A DNA stretch of 58,045 nt, filler included, from Jimgerdemannia flammicorona (GCA_003990765.1; 3 parts of 3 records of this genome joined end to end with filler, not necessarily neighbours in it); one strand, 5' to 3'; positions 24,495 to 38,766 are shown, numbered from the whole stretch's first letter. Notes: generated from the letters alone by a model not told the origin. Numbers and translations: made by a program.

Positions 24495-25758
24495 TGTGAC
24501 AATCCATAAAACAGAGCATCTAAAAACTTAGCTAGATAACACAAATATTAGCATAACATAGTAACCAGTAATCATTACTGCAGAGAATATATAAATAACC
24601 CAGATAGCTAAAGAAGAGAAAACCCCTGACAGTGGCTATTACCCTGATAGTAGCTATCACCCTGACAGTGAATGTCACCCCATAAATAGCATTCTATAGT
24701 TAGTCACATAGCAACCAGATAGCAACCATAATATATAAACTACCCCAGAGATAAGAGTGAATAAACCTCAGTCTGAAAGTTCAACACAAACTAAAGCAAA
24801 AGTCAATTATCTGGTATACTTAGAAGAAATGCCTGCCAAAAGCCACTTGATCCAGGAAGGATTATAATACTTAGGAGATATATCTGCCAATGAGCCACTG
24901 CCAAGAAGTTGTAAGCTTGGTTCTCTTCTCTTCCACTCTGGTCCACTTTCCAATACCAAGCTTGAAGATTTTGCTACCAAGTTTGAGTGAAGAACTTCAC
25001 TACTTTTGGAATTATTATTATTGGTTTGCTTGCCAGATAAGTCTGACGATTTGCCACCCAAGTTCAAGAAAGAACTTCACCACTATTTCCCAGTTGTTTG
25101 CTGAATTCCCAGTTGAAGCCACTGATTCAGAAGAATCCATGCCATCATATTTCCAGAAAAGCCTGCCAATTTAGAAAGAATCCATGCCATCCATATAGTT
25201 TTCCCAGTTGAAGCCAATTCAGGAAGAATCCATGACATTCAAGTTATTCAAATTATCCATACCATCTGAAGTTATCCATTGTTACCAGTGAGCCCAAGAT
25301 ATCAAGTTATCTACCAAATTATCAAAATGTCCCATATAAGAAACTCACTTCACTACATAGAGATTATCATACAGAAACTACAAAAGAAAACTGTTAAATT
25401 GCCAGATTGTCCCACATAAGGAACTCAGTTATACTATACAAGATCATCACACAGAAATCATATAAGGAGAACCACCAAATTGCCAGACCATCATGCACCA
25501 AGATCATCATACTATACAAAATTATAGCATTCTCAGTTGACCCAAGAAGAAAACCCATTCATATACAAATCGCTGCTATACCCAAAAAACCATCCCAATT
25601 AGGAAATCGACATATAAACCACTCGCAGATATCTATCTTAACTATTATTCCACTAAACACCAAGAACCTCAGGAATCATAGAACATTTTGTTGCTTTTTG
25701 ACAAAATAACTGTGGGCTCAAGCCAAATAATACCCACCCCCAACCTTGTAATTTGCCT
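24495..25758 (+). repeat. 3' LTR of Gypsy-A (right boundary uncertain, interrupted by LINE poly-T)
   Basis: Starts TGTGACA after the PPT; 18-bp tandem repeats at 24623-24680; TATA (atatataaac) and gaataaac signals. Confidence 0.55.
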
Positions 25759-28700
25759 CTTTTTTTTTTTTTTTTAATAGTCACTTGGACTGCCCTTTAT
25801 TACAAATCTATAGTGCTAACAATACATTATCACCCCAACCCTCAACCAATGCCCTGTGGACCCAACCCTCCCCCCTCGACCTCCCCCTGCCCAAGCACCA
25901 CCCAATTACCCACTACCCAAATCCTCCCACCACTCTTCCAGGAGATACACTGTACCAAACCCCTGTGGTACCCCCCACCTAGCCCCCAACCTCACCACCA
26001 GCTATTCAAAATGTCCAATAGCAACCATTCCCAATATGCCACCTTGTCCCCAACCCTAATCCACCACCCCTCCTTGAAGATATGAACCCAATGTCCAGCT
26101 AACCCAACCCACATGGCCAAAGCCCAACCAAGAGTCAGCCATTCATTCCCAATCCCACCCACCAGTCGCCGGCAGAGCTCTCCCCATCTCTCCCCTTCTT
26201 CTCCCTCCAAGGCACCCAGCCCTAACCAGTCTATAATATATCTCCAAAACTCCTCCAAAACTTTGCACTCACTAAGCCAATGTTCAGGTATTTGTACCAT
26301 GCCTCCCTCCTGACCAACACTGAAACAATCCTTGCACTCGAATACTCCACCAGCCACCAAGTACCCAGACCAATAGTTCAACATCACATTCTGCTGTAGG
26401 ACACACCACCACACCACCCAGAACTTGGGGGGCAGTCACTGTCTCACCCTTTTGCTCCAAAGCCAGAGTCCATTCCAAACCCACTCCTCACCAATTCCAA
26501 CTCTCTGCCAGGCTTCAGGCCACAGGTCTCCACCTAGGCCTCACAGACACTCCAAACCCTTGCCAAGCTAAAAGTTCTTCATTGGGACACCACCCAGTAG
26601 AAGCCTGTCCCACCACCACATCTGCAGTCCCCAATCCTCCTCAGCTTCATCACCTTGCCACTGAAGTCTGATTTTCTTAGCACTATTCACTGCCTCCCAC
26701 CAGAAGCCCATAAACTGCATCCTCCTGCTCCCATCCATGGCCACCATCACAAGCAGGTCACCTGAGCCACCATGTGGGAGTACTGAACCTCCCACAACCT
26801 CTGCATAAGTGGTACCTACTCCTAACCCCTAAGCTCCCTTACCCTTTGCAACCACCAAACTCTCAAACATTGAAGCTGCTTAGTAAAGTCCACTAAGCCC
26901 AGTCCACCTCTTTCCAAGGGCAGTGTGAGCACCTCCCAACCCACCTGGCTCTGCAGCCCTCCCCAGATCCATGACCTCGCCATCTACAACAGCCCCTTGA
27001 CCACCCAGGTTGGGAAATCCAAATGATATCCCACATACCACAGCTTTGGCATCCAATACACATTCAGCACCATCACTCTTCTGGCTAGTGACATATGCAA
27101 ACCTCCCCATCACAGCAGAACATTTCCCCACTCCAGAAGTTTTCAGTCCCACTATGCCCAGGAAAGAAGAGATCTGAACACTAAGAAGTAGATCCCCAAA
27201 TAGTGTACTGGTTCACCAGCCAGCACCACTGTCCCAATGACATCACCACCAACAATTCCAGCACCCAGCACCAGAGTCTTGCATTTGTGCCAGTTTAGTT
27301 TAGCACCAGAACCCCTCTCATACCATTCCACAGACCTCTGTAACTCCCCCACATCCACCAAGGAGCTCAGCCCGACCACCATATCATCAGCAAAGGCCCC
27401 CACCTTCCAATTAATCCCTAAAATGTCCAAACCCCCAATCTGATGCTGAATTCTATCCAGTAGAGGCTCCAGGGAAAGGGCATACAATATGGGCAACAAG
27501 GGGTCCCCTTGTGGTACCCTACATCCCAGGGAAAAGATCATCCCCCTGTAGTCATTGATGACCAATGCCACCTGACTGTCCTCCAAGAGGCTGATCAATG
27601 ATCCTCAGAACTCTGGGGGGATACCAATCTGTTTCAGCACTCCCTCCAGCCATATCCTCCGCACTCTATCATAAGCCTTCTCTTGGTCCAGAAACACCAA
27701 TCGGCCATCCACCTCTGTTGCCTAGGTACCTTCAATCACTCCATGTACCCAAGCCATCCCATCTCGAATCAACTGGCCACCGACAAACCCACGCTGCTCC
27801 ACACCAAGCACCTGCTGAGCAATTCCTTGCAGCCTCATCACCAAAATCTTCATTACCAGCTTTCAGTCCATGTCGAGAAGCATGATTGGCCGCCAGTTCT
27901 TCCAGTCCTCTTGCCTCCCCTTATTCTTGTAGAGCAAGGAGACTAGCCATAAGTACTGTCCCCCAATCCAAGCACTAGACCAAAGAACTCCATCACACAT
28001 AGCAGTCATTTCCTCTAGCACCTTGCCCACCCTGGCCATCTTCTGCCAAAAATCCCAGGAAAGTCTATCCTCTCCTGGGGCTGTCCCCTTACTCGTTGAG
28101 GCCACAACCCTGCGAATTTCCTCACCACTCACTGGGTCCCCCAATGCTCCAAGACCCATTGCAGGGTCTGGGTGCCCATCCCCCAGCTGTCTTTCAATGT
28201 CCAGAGCATCCATTCCTCCTTCCTCCTCACTCCATAGATTTTCCCATCTGGCTCTCAATAGGCCCAGAATAGCTGGAGTCCCTACCATCAGCTTGCCATT
28301 CACGTCCAGAACTTTCTCCCACCACTGCTTCATTTGTCATACTCATAACAACCATGACAAAAACCTAGTAGGCCTCTCCCCCTCCTCAAGCCCCTGCCAC
28401 TGCAGTCAGGCCACCATTCTCTGCAACTTCACCTCCTCCTCTCTTCATAACACTCCTTTAAGCTCCTCCACCTTCTGCCAGATTCTCACAATATGCCAAT
28501 CAGTCATGTCCCCATCTTCCAGCACACCTGCCCATCTCTCCATGAGTGCTGCCAGATGCTGCAAGGCCCACAGCACCCTCTGCCTTCACTGGGCACACTT
28601 TCCTTTCCCAGCTTCTCTTCAATACCCCTGAGCATTTGCCTTCAGCCTTCTCCAGCGGTCCCCAATCTCAAGGCCTTATTCCTGCCACCTACCAATATTT

Positions 28701-31514
28701 CCAACCACCTCCATTTCCCAACCCTCCTATAACCCCCTATCCTCTAACAAGGAAGAATTTAGCTGCTAATGTCCAGGCCCATCCTCATTTCCCCCAAACC
28801 TCCCCCCTCCAAGCAGCCCCCAGTGATCAGACCACAGACACCAAACACTTCCAGCACCAACCAGACATCTGCTCCCCAACACTCCACTGTCAAAACCCAG
28901 TCAATGCTAGAGCCCAGCCCTGCTGCCCAGTGGGTGTACACCTGTCAATCAGCCCAAAAATGTCTTCCTGAGTCCACTAAAGAACTCAACCTCTCTGTCT
29001 CCAACCAGTCACCCAACCTACCACTTTCACCCCACATGCCTCTCCCTCTATCTGTTCTATCCATCTCCTTATCCCAGACCATATTGAAGTCACCCCCCAT
29101 ATAGTCCAGCCCAACTTCTCCCAATACACCAGCCTCTTTCAATCTGTGAATCCAATCCACCCTCTCCCCTCTCTCAGCTGGGCAGTAGCAAGACCCAACT
29201 GTCAGCGAGCCCCATCCAGGCCTCTTCCACACTCCCCACACCACCCAAGACCCCCAATGTCCAATGTCCTCAATGTCCCCTATCCCTTTCCGAACAAGAA
29301 TACACACTCTCCCCCTCCATACTGCTGCACCCCCCCATTCCTTAGTCCAATCCTGTAAGTTCACATCTGCCTCATAACAAACATCCTGTAACAAGAAGAG
29401 GTCTGCATCCAGTCCCTTAAGCCATCCAAATATATACTTCCTTCTAGCCGCCCTCCATAACCCATTAATGTTCAATGAGAATATCCTAGTTGTACTGTTC
29501 ATATTGAATAAATGTTGCAATAGAGACCCCATCCTAGAATTCCATGCTCATCTCATCCTCAGCCAGATCCAAGCACTGTTCAGCTTCTAAGTCACCCTCC
29601 GCATTAGCCTGAGCATCCAGTGCCTCCAAGATTTCCTGACATTCCACCCCATCCACTACCTCTATATCTGACTGATAATCTAAGCAGACTGTGTGCTACT
29701 TCTCCAGTCCCTTCCTCAAGTTCTACAAGAATAGTGCCCTGTCACTTACAATCCTCCTAAGTTCCTCCTCCCTCTAATCATTGACTTGATATTCAACCGA
29801 CTCCAGGAGAATAGCCAGGATCTTGTTTCTCATCTTCCTTGACACCTCCTCCCCCCATAGGATCTCCTCCCAATGCCTTTCTTCCATCACCCTGAAATCC
29901 TCACCCCCCAGCTCTTCAGCCACCACCCCTTCCAGGGTCTTCCACATCTACTTCTCCTCATCCACCACCTCCACCACACTCTGAGTAATTTGTCCCCCAT
30001 CTACCTTGGGGTCCACTAGCATGCTCCTCTGCACTGACTCATCCCACTCCTCATCTGGTACATCTAGCAGCTCCTCCTCCCCCTCAGCTCCATCTGGGAT
30101 ACTATACTGGGGGTGCACACCTTCGCTCATATCCACATCTGCCTCCATATTGCCTACCCTCTCCACCTCCACTCCCAGCTGAGCCCCACTCTGGGTCCTT
30201 TCACCCCCCTCAGCCCAGGCACTCTCCTGCAATCCTGCACCCCTCTCCCCTGAACTTCCACTGGCCCTACCCCTACCCAACCTCACCAGCAGCTCCTTCT
30301 GGATTTTCCTCCTCTGCAACTTCTCCCAGGCCCCCTTCTCCATTCGGACCCTCTTCCCATCCACCTCCCCCACCACCATCCTGGCCTCAAACTCCTTCCA
30401 TGCCAATCTCCTCCTCACGACCGCCCCTTCTAGATCCTCTAGAGCCTCCAACAGGTCTTCCTCCTCCTCCTGGGTCCCCTTCACCCTCATGACCTTACAC
30501 TCCACCAGTCCCCACCTCAGTATCGCTGGCCAGTCCCTCGACTTCCCCATACTCTCCCTTCTGGCCAGTCTCACCCTGACATCAACGTCACCAGTCCAAA
30601 GCTCCGTACCCTCCCAGACCTTGAACCCAACATCCACAATCTCTCCATACTCTCTGATCGCCTCCACAACCAACTCCCTGGTCCTCTCCTTCAACACCAT
30701 AGGGAGATCCAGCACTGTCAACTGTACCACTCAGGGGTCCCAGTGCATACACCTGGTCATAGGGACGACAACTTCGCCAACTGTCACCCCCTTCTCCAAG
30801 GCTACCAACAAGATGTCTTCCTTCTCGAACCCCACCTTGACCCCTTCCTTCTCCTTCAAAAACTTCACTGATGCCACTCCCTTTGCCTCCTGCACCACCA
30901 GCTCCAAAATCATCCTTGCCGTCACTGCCAAGCCCTGGAAACACATTGTGACTGTGAATTCTGACCTCGACTTCTTGAGTAACAGGGCCGACACCATGTC
31001 TGTAACCCCATCTGCCAGATCCCGGGGCCTCATGCCCACTCCCCATCCTGAATTATCAACTGTCATCACATCTGGATTTTTTGCCAGATTCCCAGTTACA
31101 GCCCCATCACCAGTCACATCTCCAGCCCCCCCTCAGTAACTCCCCTGAGTGCACCTCCCAGACCCCCAGCAGTAGCTGTTGATGCCTTCCCCAGGTCCAG
31201 CCAACCATCTAGACCTGAGGCCATCTTCCCCATTCTGACCTTGTCAGCAAAGGTCAACCTCTCCCCTCCTCTCTGCCTCAGACTGCCCCTCCCTCCACCA
31301 CCAGGACTATGGCTAGCCATCACGGCCCCTGGCATCTCCAAACCATCTCCCCTCCTTCCCACCTGCTGCCAGCCAAAGGCACCATCTCCCCCCTAGTCAG
31401 TATGCTTACCAGTTTGATCATTGCCATCCATGTCAATAGTCGTTGGATACCAAAAATATAGTAAAAAGTGTTGTCTGAGTCTTGTATCACCTGAATATTA
31501 CTGGTGAAAGATGA
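25759..31514 (-). mobile_element. Full-length degenerate Tx1/L1-group LINE (ORF1 about 31360-29534; ORF2 APE-RT-zf-RVT 29502-25992; poly(A))
   Basis: APE SLNINGL, LFLLQD and GGDFN; RT WKNWRPIMLLDMD, PQGDPL and AFADD; C-terminal C..C...HWLSEC; AATAAA and poly(A) at 25760-25775. The 5' end catctttcaccagtaatattcag is shared with 41683 and 47146. Confidence 0.92.
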
Positions 31515-31690
31515 TACCTTTGGTTATATCTGAGATATATCTGTTTTGGTATAGTATCTTTTTCCTTTTGCTATTATTAATATAATATTATTGTAGTATA
31601 TTATAGACTATATAGAAAGTTAGTCAATCTTGAGCATTAAGTATCAATATAGGTTATCTATAAATTATCAATATCTATAATAGAGAGTAT
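31515..31690 (+). repeat. Decayed internal fragment of the 1.2-kb retroposon X
   Basis: Aligns to 57100-57255 (tctgttttggtatagtatctttttcc...tcaatcttgagcattaagt). Confidence 0.65.
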
Positions 31691-32186
31691 CACTTTTGAT
31701 AGAGTGTAAGAAAAATACTATACTTGTATCTTTAATTGATTAGGCTCAGAATTGTTAATAAGTTAGGTCTGAAGATTCTTAAATAAAAATACTTAGTTTA
31801 TTTTTGAGAGAAGAAAGTAGAGCTGAGGTTATAATATACTCAGTATAAAGAGTATTTATATATATTTGAGACTATGACTAAATATGATATACTAGATATA
31901 TCTATATATATTTATACTATTTTAGATAACTATAACTATGAGTTAGAAATTCTATAGAAATTTCTATAGGAATTTCCATCAAAATTTCTGTCAGAATTTC
32001 TAGTAGCTTATAGATATATAATGATTTATTATACATACTATAACAATTCTTATTAAATATATCTTGAAATATATTAAGAGTATAATATACTATTTACTCA
32101 CTTTAAATAATAATAAAAATAATAGTAATATATAGTTATTTAATACTCTTGAGAGAGATATAGATTAATTAAAAAGTCAATATAAT

Positions 32187-32916
32187 GCTTCTTTCTCCAC
32201 TATCTTACTGGTCACAATAGTTTGGTAGGTAATCTTCTAAGTCCACTTTCCACAATTATTACCCTCTCTATCTTGGGTTGGTTTGCTATACCTATTGCAG
32301 GGCAGTGGAAGAGAGGTAATGGTGATGAGTTGCCCCTTTATTGGTGTTGGATTGGTGTCTTCTCCACTTTTTCATAGTTTCTGGTATTTTCAGCTGTATC
32401 TGGAGTACATCTATTTTGGTATAGCACCTTTTTCCTTTTGCCATTGCCAATAAGATGCTGTCATGGGCTGTATAGAGAGTCAGCTGATCTTGGGCATCAA
32501 GTGCTCAGTATAGGTTATCTGTAGGTCCATGGTACTTATGGTGGAGCCCTCTGGCTTTAGCAAGCTTTCTAGTGAGTATAGTTCTGGTATAGATAACTGC
32601 TTTTTGGGTGTTGTCAAGATGGGAGGGGAGATGACTATCACAGATAGGAGAAAGGGTGATTATGGTAAACCAGTAGGGTGTCAGGCTGGGGATGGTCATC
32701 AGGACTGAGGTGGGTACTGCTTCAGTGGGGCCTTTTGATTGGTGTGGAGCAGTTAGGTAGTAGGTGTCACTCTCAGCTTCTTCTGGTAATTCAGCAGGTT
32801 GGGCCCTGGTCATTGAGGGGGATCAGGGGGCCTGAGGCTACCCATTTCAGACATCTTAGCTGTACTCAACTAGAACCAGGAGCTGATATGGCAATGTAAT
32901 TGAGGTCTACAGGCTT
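32187..32916 (+). mobile_element. Retroposon X, 5' 730 bp (interrupted by a LINE)
   Basis: Starts ttctttctccactatcttactggtcac, the same 5' end as the other copies; collinear with 56905-57642. Confidence 0.8.
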
Positions 32917-35900
32917 TTACCTTTCTTCTATACAATTCACATTACATCAACTTCGATCAATAGTTTTTGATACAACTTGGAGAAAAGGTATTATAAAAAT
33001 ATCATCAAGCAAGAGTTCTGATAGATATGCTGGGTCAGGCAGACCTGGGGCTTTGGCTGGCAGAATGTGGGGAGGGGTTATGGCCTAGGGATGGAGGTCT
33101 TTGGAGGGTCGAAGGGTGGAGAGGGCTCTAAAGGTGGACTAGTATCTGGTGGCAATGGGGGAAGGCCTGACCCCCCAAGCTTTACAGATAAGGTGAAGGA
33201 GAGTGAGTGGCCAACTGGATCTAGGGCTGGTGCTGCTAAAGAAAAGGGCAAGGTGAGCCTAGAGAGGGGGGGAGGTACTCAGGTGAGGGATGCGAGTATA
33301 GGTGCTAGAGGTGCTGTGGCTGGGGGTGGGACTACTGATGGAAGTGTGATGGGGAATCAGGAAAAAAAAAGAGATGTGATAGCTGATGGCAGAGTGGGGC
33401 AGGGGTTCTCAATGCAGAAAGGAGATCTGGCTGATGGTGTAATGGGGCTAATGGTAGCACCATTACTCTGGAAATTGATCTCAGAGTTTGCAGTAATACT
33501 GTACTTCTGGGGCTTGGTAGTGACAGTGAGGATAGTCCTGGGGCTTATCTCAAAGCAAGTGGCTGGGGCTACCTTGGTGAAGTTCCTGAAGGGTCTGGAG
33601 GGGGTTGAGGTGGGCTTTGAGGAGGCAGGCCCACTGGAAGAGACTCTGAAGACTGGAGTGGCAGTTGGGGAAGTGGTGGTCCCCATGGTATGCTGCCTGA
33701 GCTGCTGGTGAAGAGGGTGCCTATAGTAATAAAGGAGAAGACTAGGAGGAGAATGGAGGAGGTGATGGCAGAGTATGGTAATGTGGTAGATGTCAGCTTC
33801 CAGGTATGAGAGAGGACCTCCATCAGGATAAGTGACATGGATGTTAGGGTTAGACTGGCTGGAAGAGAGACCATGAGAAAGATGAGTGACTGACCCTTGG
33901 TATTGATGTGGGGAGCTTTTGTCTGTAAGGTATCAAGGGTGAGAGAGAGTGAAGAGGAGGAAGAGGACTTATTGGAGACTCTGAAGGAGTTGAGTGGTGC
34001 TGTTGAGAGAAGGGTGAAGGCCTGGAAATTGTATGTAGAGTCGATATATCTGGAGATTGTTGATGAAAAGCATATTCATGCTGATAAGAGGCAGTGGGAG
34101 AGAGCTCAAGGGCATAGGAGGCAGAGAGAGTTACTAGCAAGTATGGAAGGAGGGAATAAGATAAAGGCTGGGGGCCCTGAGAAGTCTGGGGGAGTAGAGG
34201 TAAGTATCTGGGCTAGCAAGAGAGAAAGTGATAGAGAGGAGGGCCTGAAAGAGGCTGAGAAGGCACTGCTCAAGGACCCATTTGCTGATGGTACTTTCAA
34301 GGTCTGGGACCCAGTCATGGATGACACTCTCTCTCTGATTAGATGGAATCCTACTGTGAGAGGTCAAGCAGCAGAGGATGAGCTGATGTGGGATACTCAG
34401 CAGGTGCACTTTAGGGTTTGATGTGGCAAAGGGTGGACAGGTGGTGGCCATTGGTGAGGTTGAGCTGGTGGATGTCCCAGAGGAGAGATGGGATGAAACT
34501 GCTAGTGTAGGAGCAGATACTACAATGCTGGATGCAGGAAGGCCAGGGATACCAGGAGGGAAGGAGGTGGGGAACCTGCTGTAGATGAGCAAGGTGATGG
34601 ATAACCTTGTAGTAGAGGAGTTGGGGGAAGTGGACCTGCAGGTGATGAGTGAGAAATATTAGGCAGAAATTCTGTAGGGAGAGGTGGTAGTGGGGGCACT
34701 GAAGGCAGAGATTCTTGTGATCTTCCTGGAGGAGGAGGGATATGAGGTTGATAAGGTAAGGGAGGTAGAGTTTGCAGTTGTTGCTGGTGAGCAGGCTGCC
34801 TACTATTGGGCTGAGCAGCATGGTTTGCAGCTCTGGCAGGAGGCATGTCTGGAGTATCATGAGAACTTTGAGGAAAAGGAAGATGGGGTGATGGCTGAAC
34901 TTCTGGAAGAGTTGGAAGTACAGACAGCTGAGGAGAAGGTGCTGGCTGCCAAACATGACTTGGACTTAGCACAGGAGGAGTTGAATGCAGATTTGTAGAG
35001 GCTGTGATTGATAATCAACATTATTCCTAATAAATAGTACAACTAACATTTTCTCTCTAAATGTGAATAGATTGCAGAATACTGGACAGTATAAGAACAT
35101 TTTTACTTGGCTTAAGGAATTGGAGGCTGATATCTTTTTACTGTAGGATGTATGGTGTGAGGGGGAGGAGGATCAAGTAGAGTAGACTAGAGAATGGGAA
35201 GGAGCTAATGTGTGGGTTGGCAAAGTAGCAATTCTGGTGAGGAAGGGTAGAGAAGATTTGGACAGAATCAGAAGCTGGGGTAACTGCTTGGTCTGGAGAG
35301 AATGTCATAGACTGGGGTGGGAATCAGTAAAGATTGGCTCCTTCTACTGTTCTGCAGTTAGGGGTGAGTGAATTGAGTAGATTAAGGATCTTTTAGAGAA
35401 GGGCATTCTCTTAGAGGAAGGCATTGATGTTCTGGGAGGTGACTTTAATATGGTACAGGATCCACAGCAGGATAGAACTGATGGAGGGAGGAGTGCAGGA
35501 GGGAAAAGTAGTGGTCTAAATAAGTAGAAGGAGGCAGAGAATCTTAGCTCCTTAGAGGATATGGGTAGAATATATTGGGGCAACCAGAGGGTCTATATGC
35601 ACTGGATGAATGGGCTTGGTATGAAAATTGATTGAATTCTGACAGCTGAATATTGGGAAGTTGATGTTTGGAAGACTCTGGAGGTGGAGTAGTGTCCATA
35701 GTCTGATCACTAGGGGCTATTGGGGCAGGGACAGTTTGGGGGGAGTGGAGATGGACCTGGACATTGGTATTAACTCCTCTCTGCTAGCTGAGAAGGGGTT
35801 GTGGGATCTATGGGTGGAGGAAATCTAGGAGAAGATCACTCACTGGATATATAAGGGTTCATCTGTGAGTGACTGCTGGATGCAGTTAAAGGAGGCTGTA

Positions 35901-38666
35901 AGGGTATATTGAGAAGAAGCTGGTAGGAAGGCTGGAAGGTAGAGAAGAAAGCAAGTGAGGTGTGCTTCTAACAGGCTAATTAGATTGTAAATGAAATGGG
36001 CCGATTTGCTTTCTTCTGAAGAGGTGGAGGATTGGAGGTTAGTGAGAGTGAAATTGGAGGTAGTGGAGTTGCAACAGATATTGAGAGAAGAGGAGGAGAT
36101 TCATTTGAAAGAAATGACTGCCAGACTATGGTGGCAGGGGCTTGAGGAGGGTGAGAGGCCTACTAGGTACTTGTTTAGGCTTCTCTAAGCTAGGAGGGTG
36201 TAAAATCAATGAGATGGAGTCTTTGATGCTGAGTGGGATATGGTGTGTGGCATGCAACAGATCTTGGGGGTACTGAAGGAGTGATGGAGGGGTCTGTGGA
36301 GTGAGAAGAAAGGAGATGCAGATGAAGAGGTGATTGGTGATATACTGGAGGAGTGGGATCTACCATGAGTAAAGAGGGTTGGTGACTTGATTGAACTAGT
36401 CTAAAAGGAGGAGATCAAGAGTGTCTTTGCAGCAACCAAGCTTGGGACAGCACCAGGAGAAGATGGGTTACCTTGGGACTTCTGGAAGAAGATGGCAAAG
36501 GTCTCTAGAGTATTGGGTGAGATGGCTGCTCTCTGTGACCATGTTCTTCTGAATGGTGAGTGGGTTGGAGAGCAGAACTTGGAGCTGGTGGCCTTATTGT
36601 ACAAAGACAAGAGAAGAAGGGAGGACTTGAAGAACTGGAGACTGATCATGCTTCTGGATATGGATAGGAAGATGGTGACTAAGGTAATTGTTACAAGGCT
36701 ATAGAAAGTTGTCCAACAGGTACTGGGTGAGGAGCAGCAGGGCTTTGTAGGAGGCAGGCTTATAAGAGATAGAACTGCATGGGTGCATGACATCATTGAA
36801 GGGGTCCAGACTTGTGGACTGGATAATAGACTGGTCTTTTTAGACCAGGAGAAGGCCTATGACCATATATGGTGGGTTTGGCTGGGTAAGATATTGGATA
36901 GAATTGGTGTTCCTCTATAATTTCAGACTTCTATATTGAATCTATTAGAGGGCAGTAGGGTGGTGCTGATGTGTAATGGTCACTGGGGTCTGGTATTTTC
37001 TTTGAGAAGAGGAGTTCCTCAGGGGGACCCACTGTTCTCTATTCTCTATGCTCTTTCATTAGAACCTTTGATGGATAGGATTTACTGGAGAGTGGTAGGG
37101 CTCTCTATATATGGTATAGTATGGAAGGTGGGGGCCTTTGCTAATGACATAGTAGTTGGACTTGATTCTGTGGCAGATATTGAGGCACTTAAGAAGACAG
37201 TAGAATGGTATAAGGTACACTCTGGAGCAAAGCTCAACTGGTATAAGTGTGAGATAATAGTGCTAGGAAATGGGCTAGTGAGTGGGGACATCATTGGAAC
37301 AATTGTCCCTACAGATGAGATGGTGCAGTATCTGGGCATCTTCCTTTCTGTATATGGATCTGTCTTGCCATGAGTGTGGTGGAAGAGGAGGGTGACCATT
37401 TGGGAAGAGGTCCTTAGAGGTTGGAGAGGCCATTATATCTCTCTGACAGAGTGGGTGTCAATTCTGAATATCTACTAGTTCCCCAAGCCATGGTATGTGA
37501 TGTGGCCTATTATCTAGACTTCTCAGCTTAGGTGGTGAAGAGGCTGACAAAGATGGCTAGAGATTGGATTTGGGTAGAGAGGAGGTCCCAGATCAGTTGG
37601 GATACTCTTATAACACCAGTGGTTAGGGGAGGACTAGGTCTTGTAGATTTTCCTAAGAGATTGTATTGCCTGCAAGCCTGGTGGTTGAAGAGAGCTATTG
37701 AACTGCAGAGAGGGGATTGGGTACCACTGTTGCAGAAAGTGTGGGAGATGAGATCCTCCTCTTGAGAGTCCTTAGGAGATTTGCTCTCTCTGGTGAGACT
37801 GAATGGAAGTTGACAGCTGCAGTTTAAGGGCTTCTGGTGGGGGGTGGTAGATGGAGTATACCAAATAGGCCTGTACTAGTGAGGTAATGAGAGAGAGGTA
37901 CTGTGGGGTCCAGATATGTGGAAATGGGACAGACTGCTTCTGGGGGGTGCTCTGCTTGCTGAGTTTGATATTGGGGATAGAGTGGAGTATCAGCAGGGTC
38001 TTGGCCAGGATCTTTGGCCAAGTGGCTGGTAGGCAGTAAAAATTGGCAAGGAGTGGGACTGGGCAGGTGTCTGGTTGTAGAGTGCTGAGGTATGGAGGTG
38101 GCTTCCTCCCAAGTTCTGAGTGGTATGGTAGAGAATGCTGCAAAGGAACATTATGTTGAATTTCTGTGCAGAGAATCTGATGAAAGGTGGCTGATTAGAT
38201 TGTGAGGAGTGTTATAATGTTGGATAAGTTGGAGGATTTGTACAGATGCTGGAACATTGACTGGAAGAGTGTGAGGTTCTGAGGGACTTCTGGATAGAAG
38301 TAGGGAATAGGCTGGGTATAGAGAAGAGACCAGATGGCAAGAGAGGCTGCTGGGAGGATTTGAAATCTCAGCTAGTGGGTGGTGTGGACAATAGTTGACT
38401 CACTGTAGAGTGGATTTTAGTGGTATAGGTGGGACTGGCTAGACATTGGCTCTTTGTTTTTGAGAAGGGGTGACAGATGAGTTTACAGAAGAAGTTGTTA
38501 AGATGGGAGGGATTGATGGGGGATCTGCTGACTGAGTGATGGATGGGTTGGGGTCCCCAGGGTAGGCAATGTTGCAGTCTGGTAGAAAGGATCTGTGAAC
38601 AGAGTAGTGGGCAGGTAGAGATGGTGTTAGACAAAGTGGTCTTTTATTGAGTGAGGGTGGGGGGGG
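32917..38666 (+). mobile_element. Near full-length degenerate Tx1/L1-group LINE (ORF1 about 33067-34998; ORF2 about 35029-38650)
   Basis: GGDFN, SDH, LKNWRLIMLLDMD, GVPQGDPL, AFAND and zf-RVT; many TAG/TGA/TAA stops; 3' end runs into the gap. Confidence 0.92.
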
Positions 38667-38766
38667 NNNNNNNNNNNNNNNNNNNNNNNNNNNNNNNNNN
38701 NNNNNNNNNNTTAATTAATTAANNNNNNNNNNNNNNNNNNNNNNNNNNNNNNNNNNNNNNNNNNNN
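38667..38766. other. Assembly spacer
   Basis: N44-TTAATTAATTAA-N44. Confidence 0.98.

Larger units (their letters stand above)
20321..25758 (+). mobile_element. Ty3/Gypsy LTR retrotransposon family A (degenerate; dUTPase-RT-RNase H-integrase-extra ORF-PPT-LTR)
   Basis: RT WASPILIVPKK, RLCVDYRKLN, YPLPRIDDLLD and YMDD (21672-22460); RNase H DAS..GLGAVL and TDHA; H2C2 zinc finger plus integrase core (about 22950-23945); PPT-like tagtggaggctga followed by TGTGACA at 24495. Confidence 0.9.

Noticed and set aside
28023..31139. Long Ser/Pro/Thr-rich plus-strand ORFs (e.g. 28023-28631, 30489-31139)
   Set aside because: Antisense shadows of the G-rich LINE coding strand.
31944..32005. 12-bp tandem repeat (gaaatttctata-like)
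   Set aside because: Short degenerate minisatellite in AT-rich decayed DNA with no supportable function.
32505..32813. Antisense ORF in retroposon X (also 57232-57426)
   Set aside because: No recognisable domain; stops and frames are not consistently preserved among copies.
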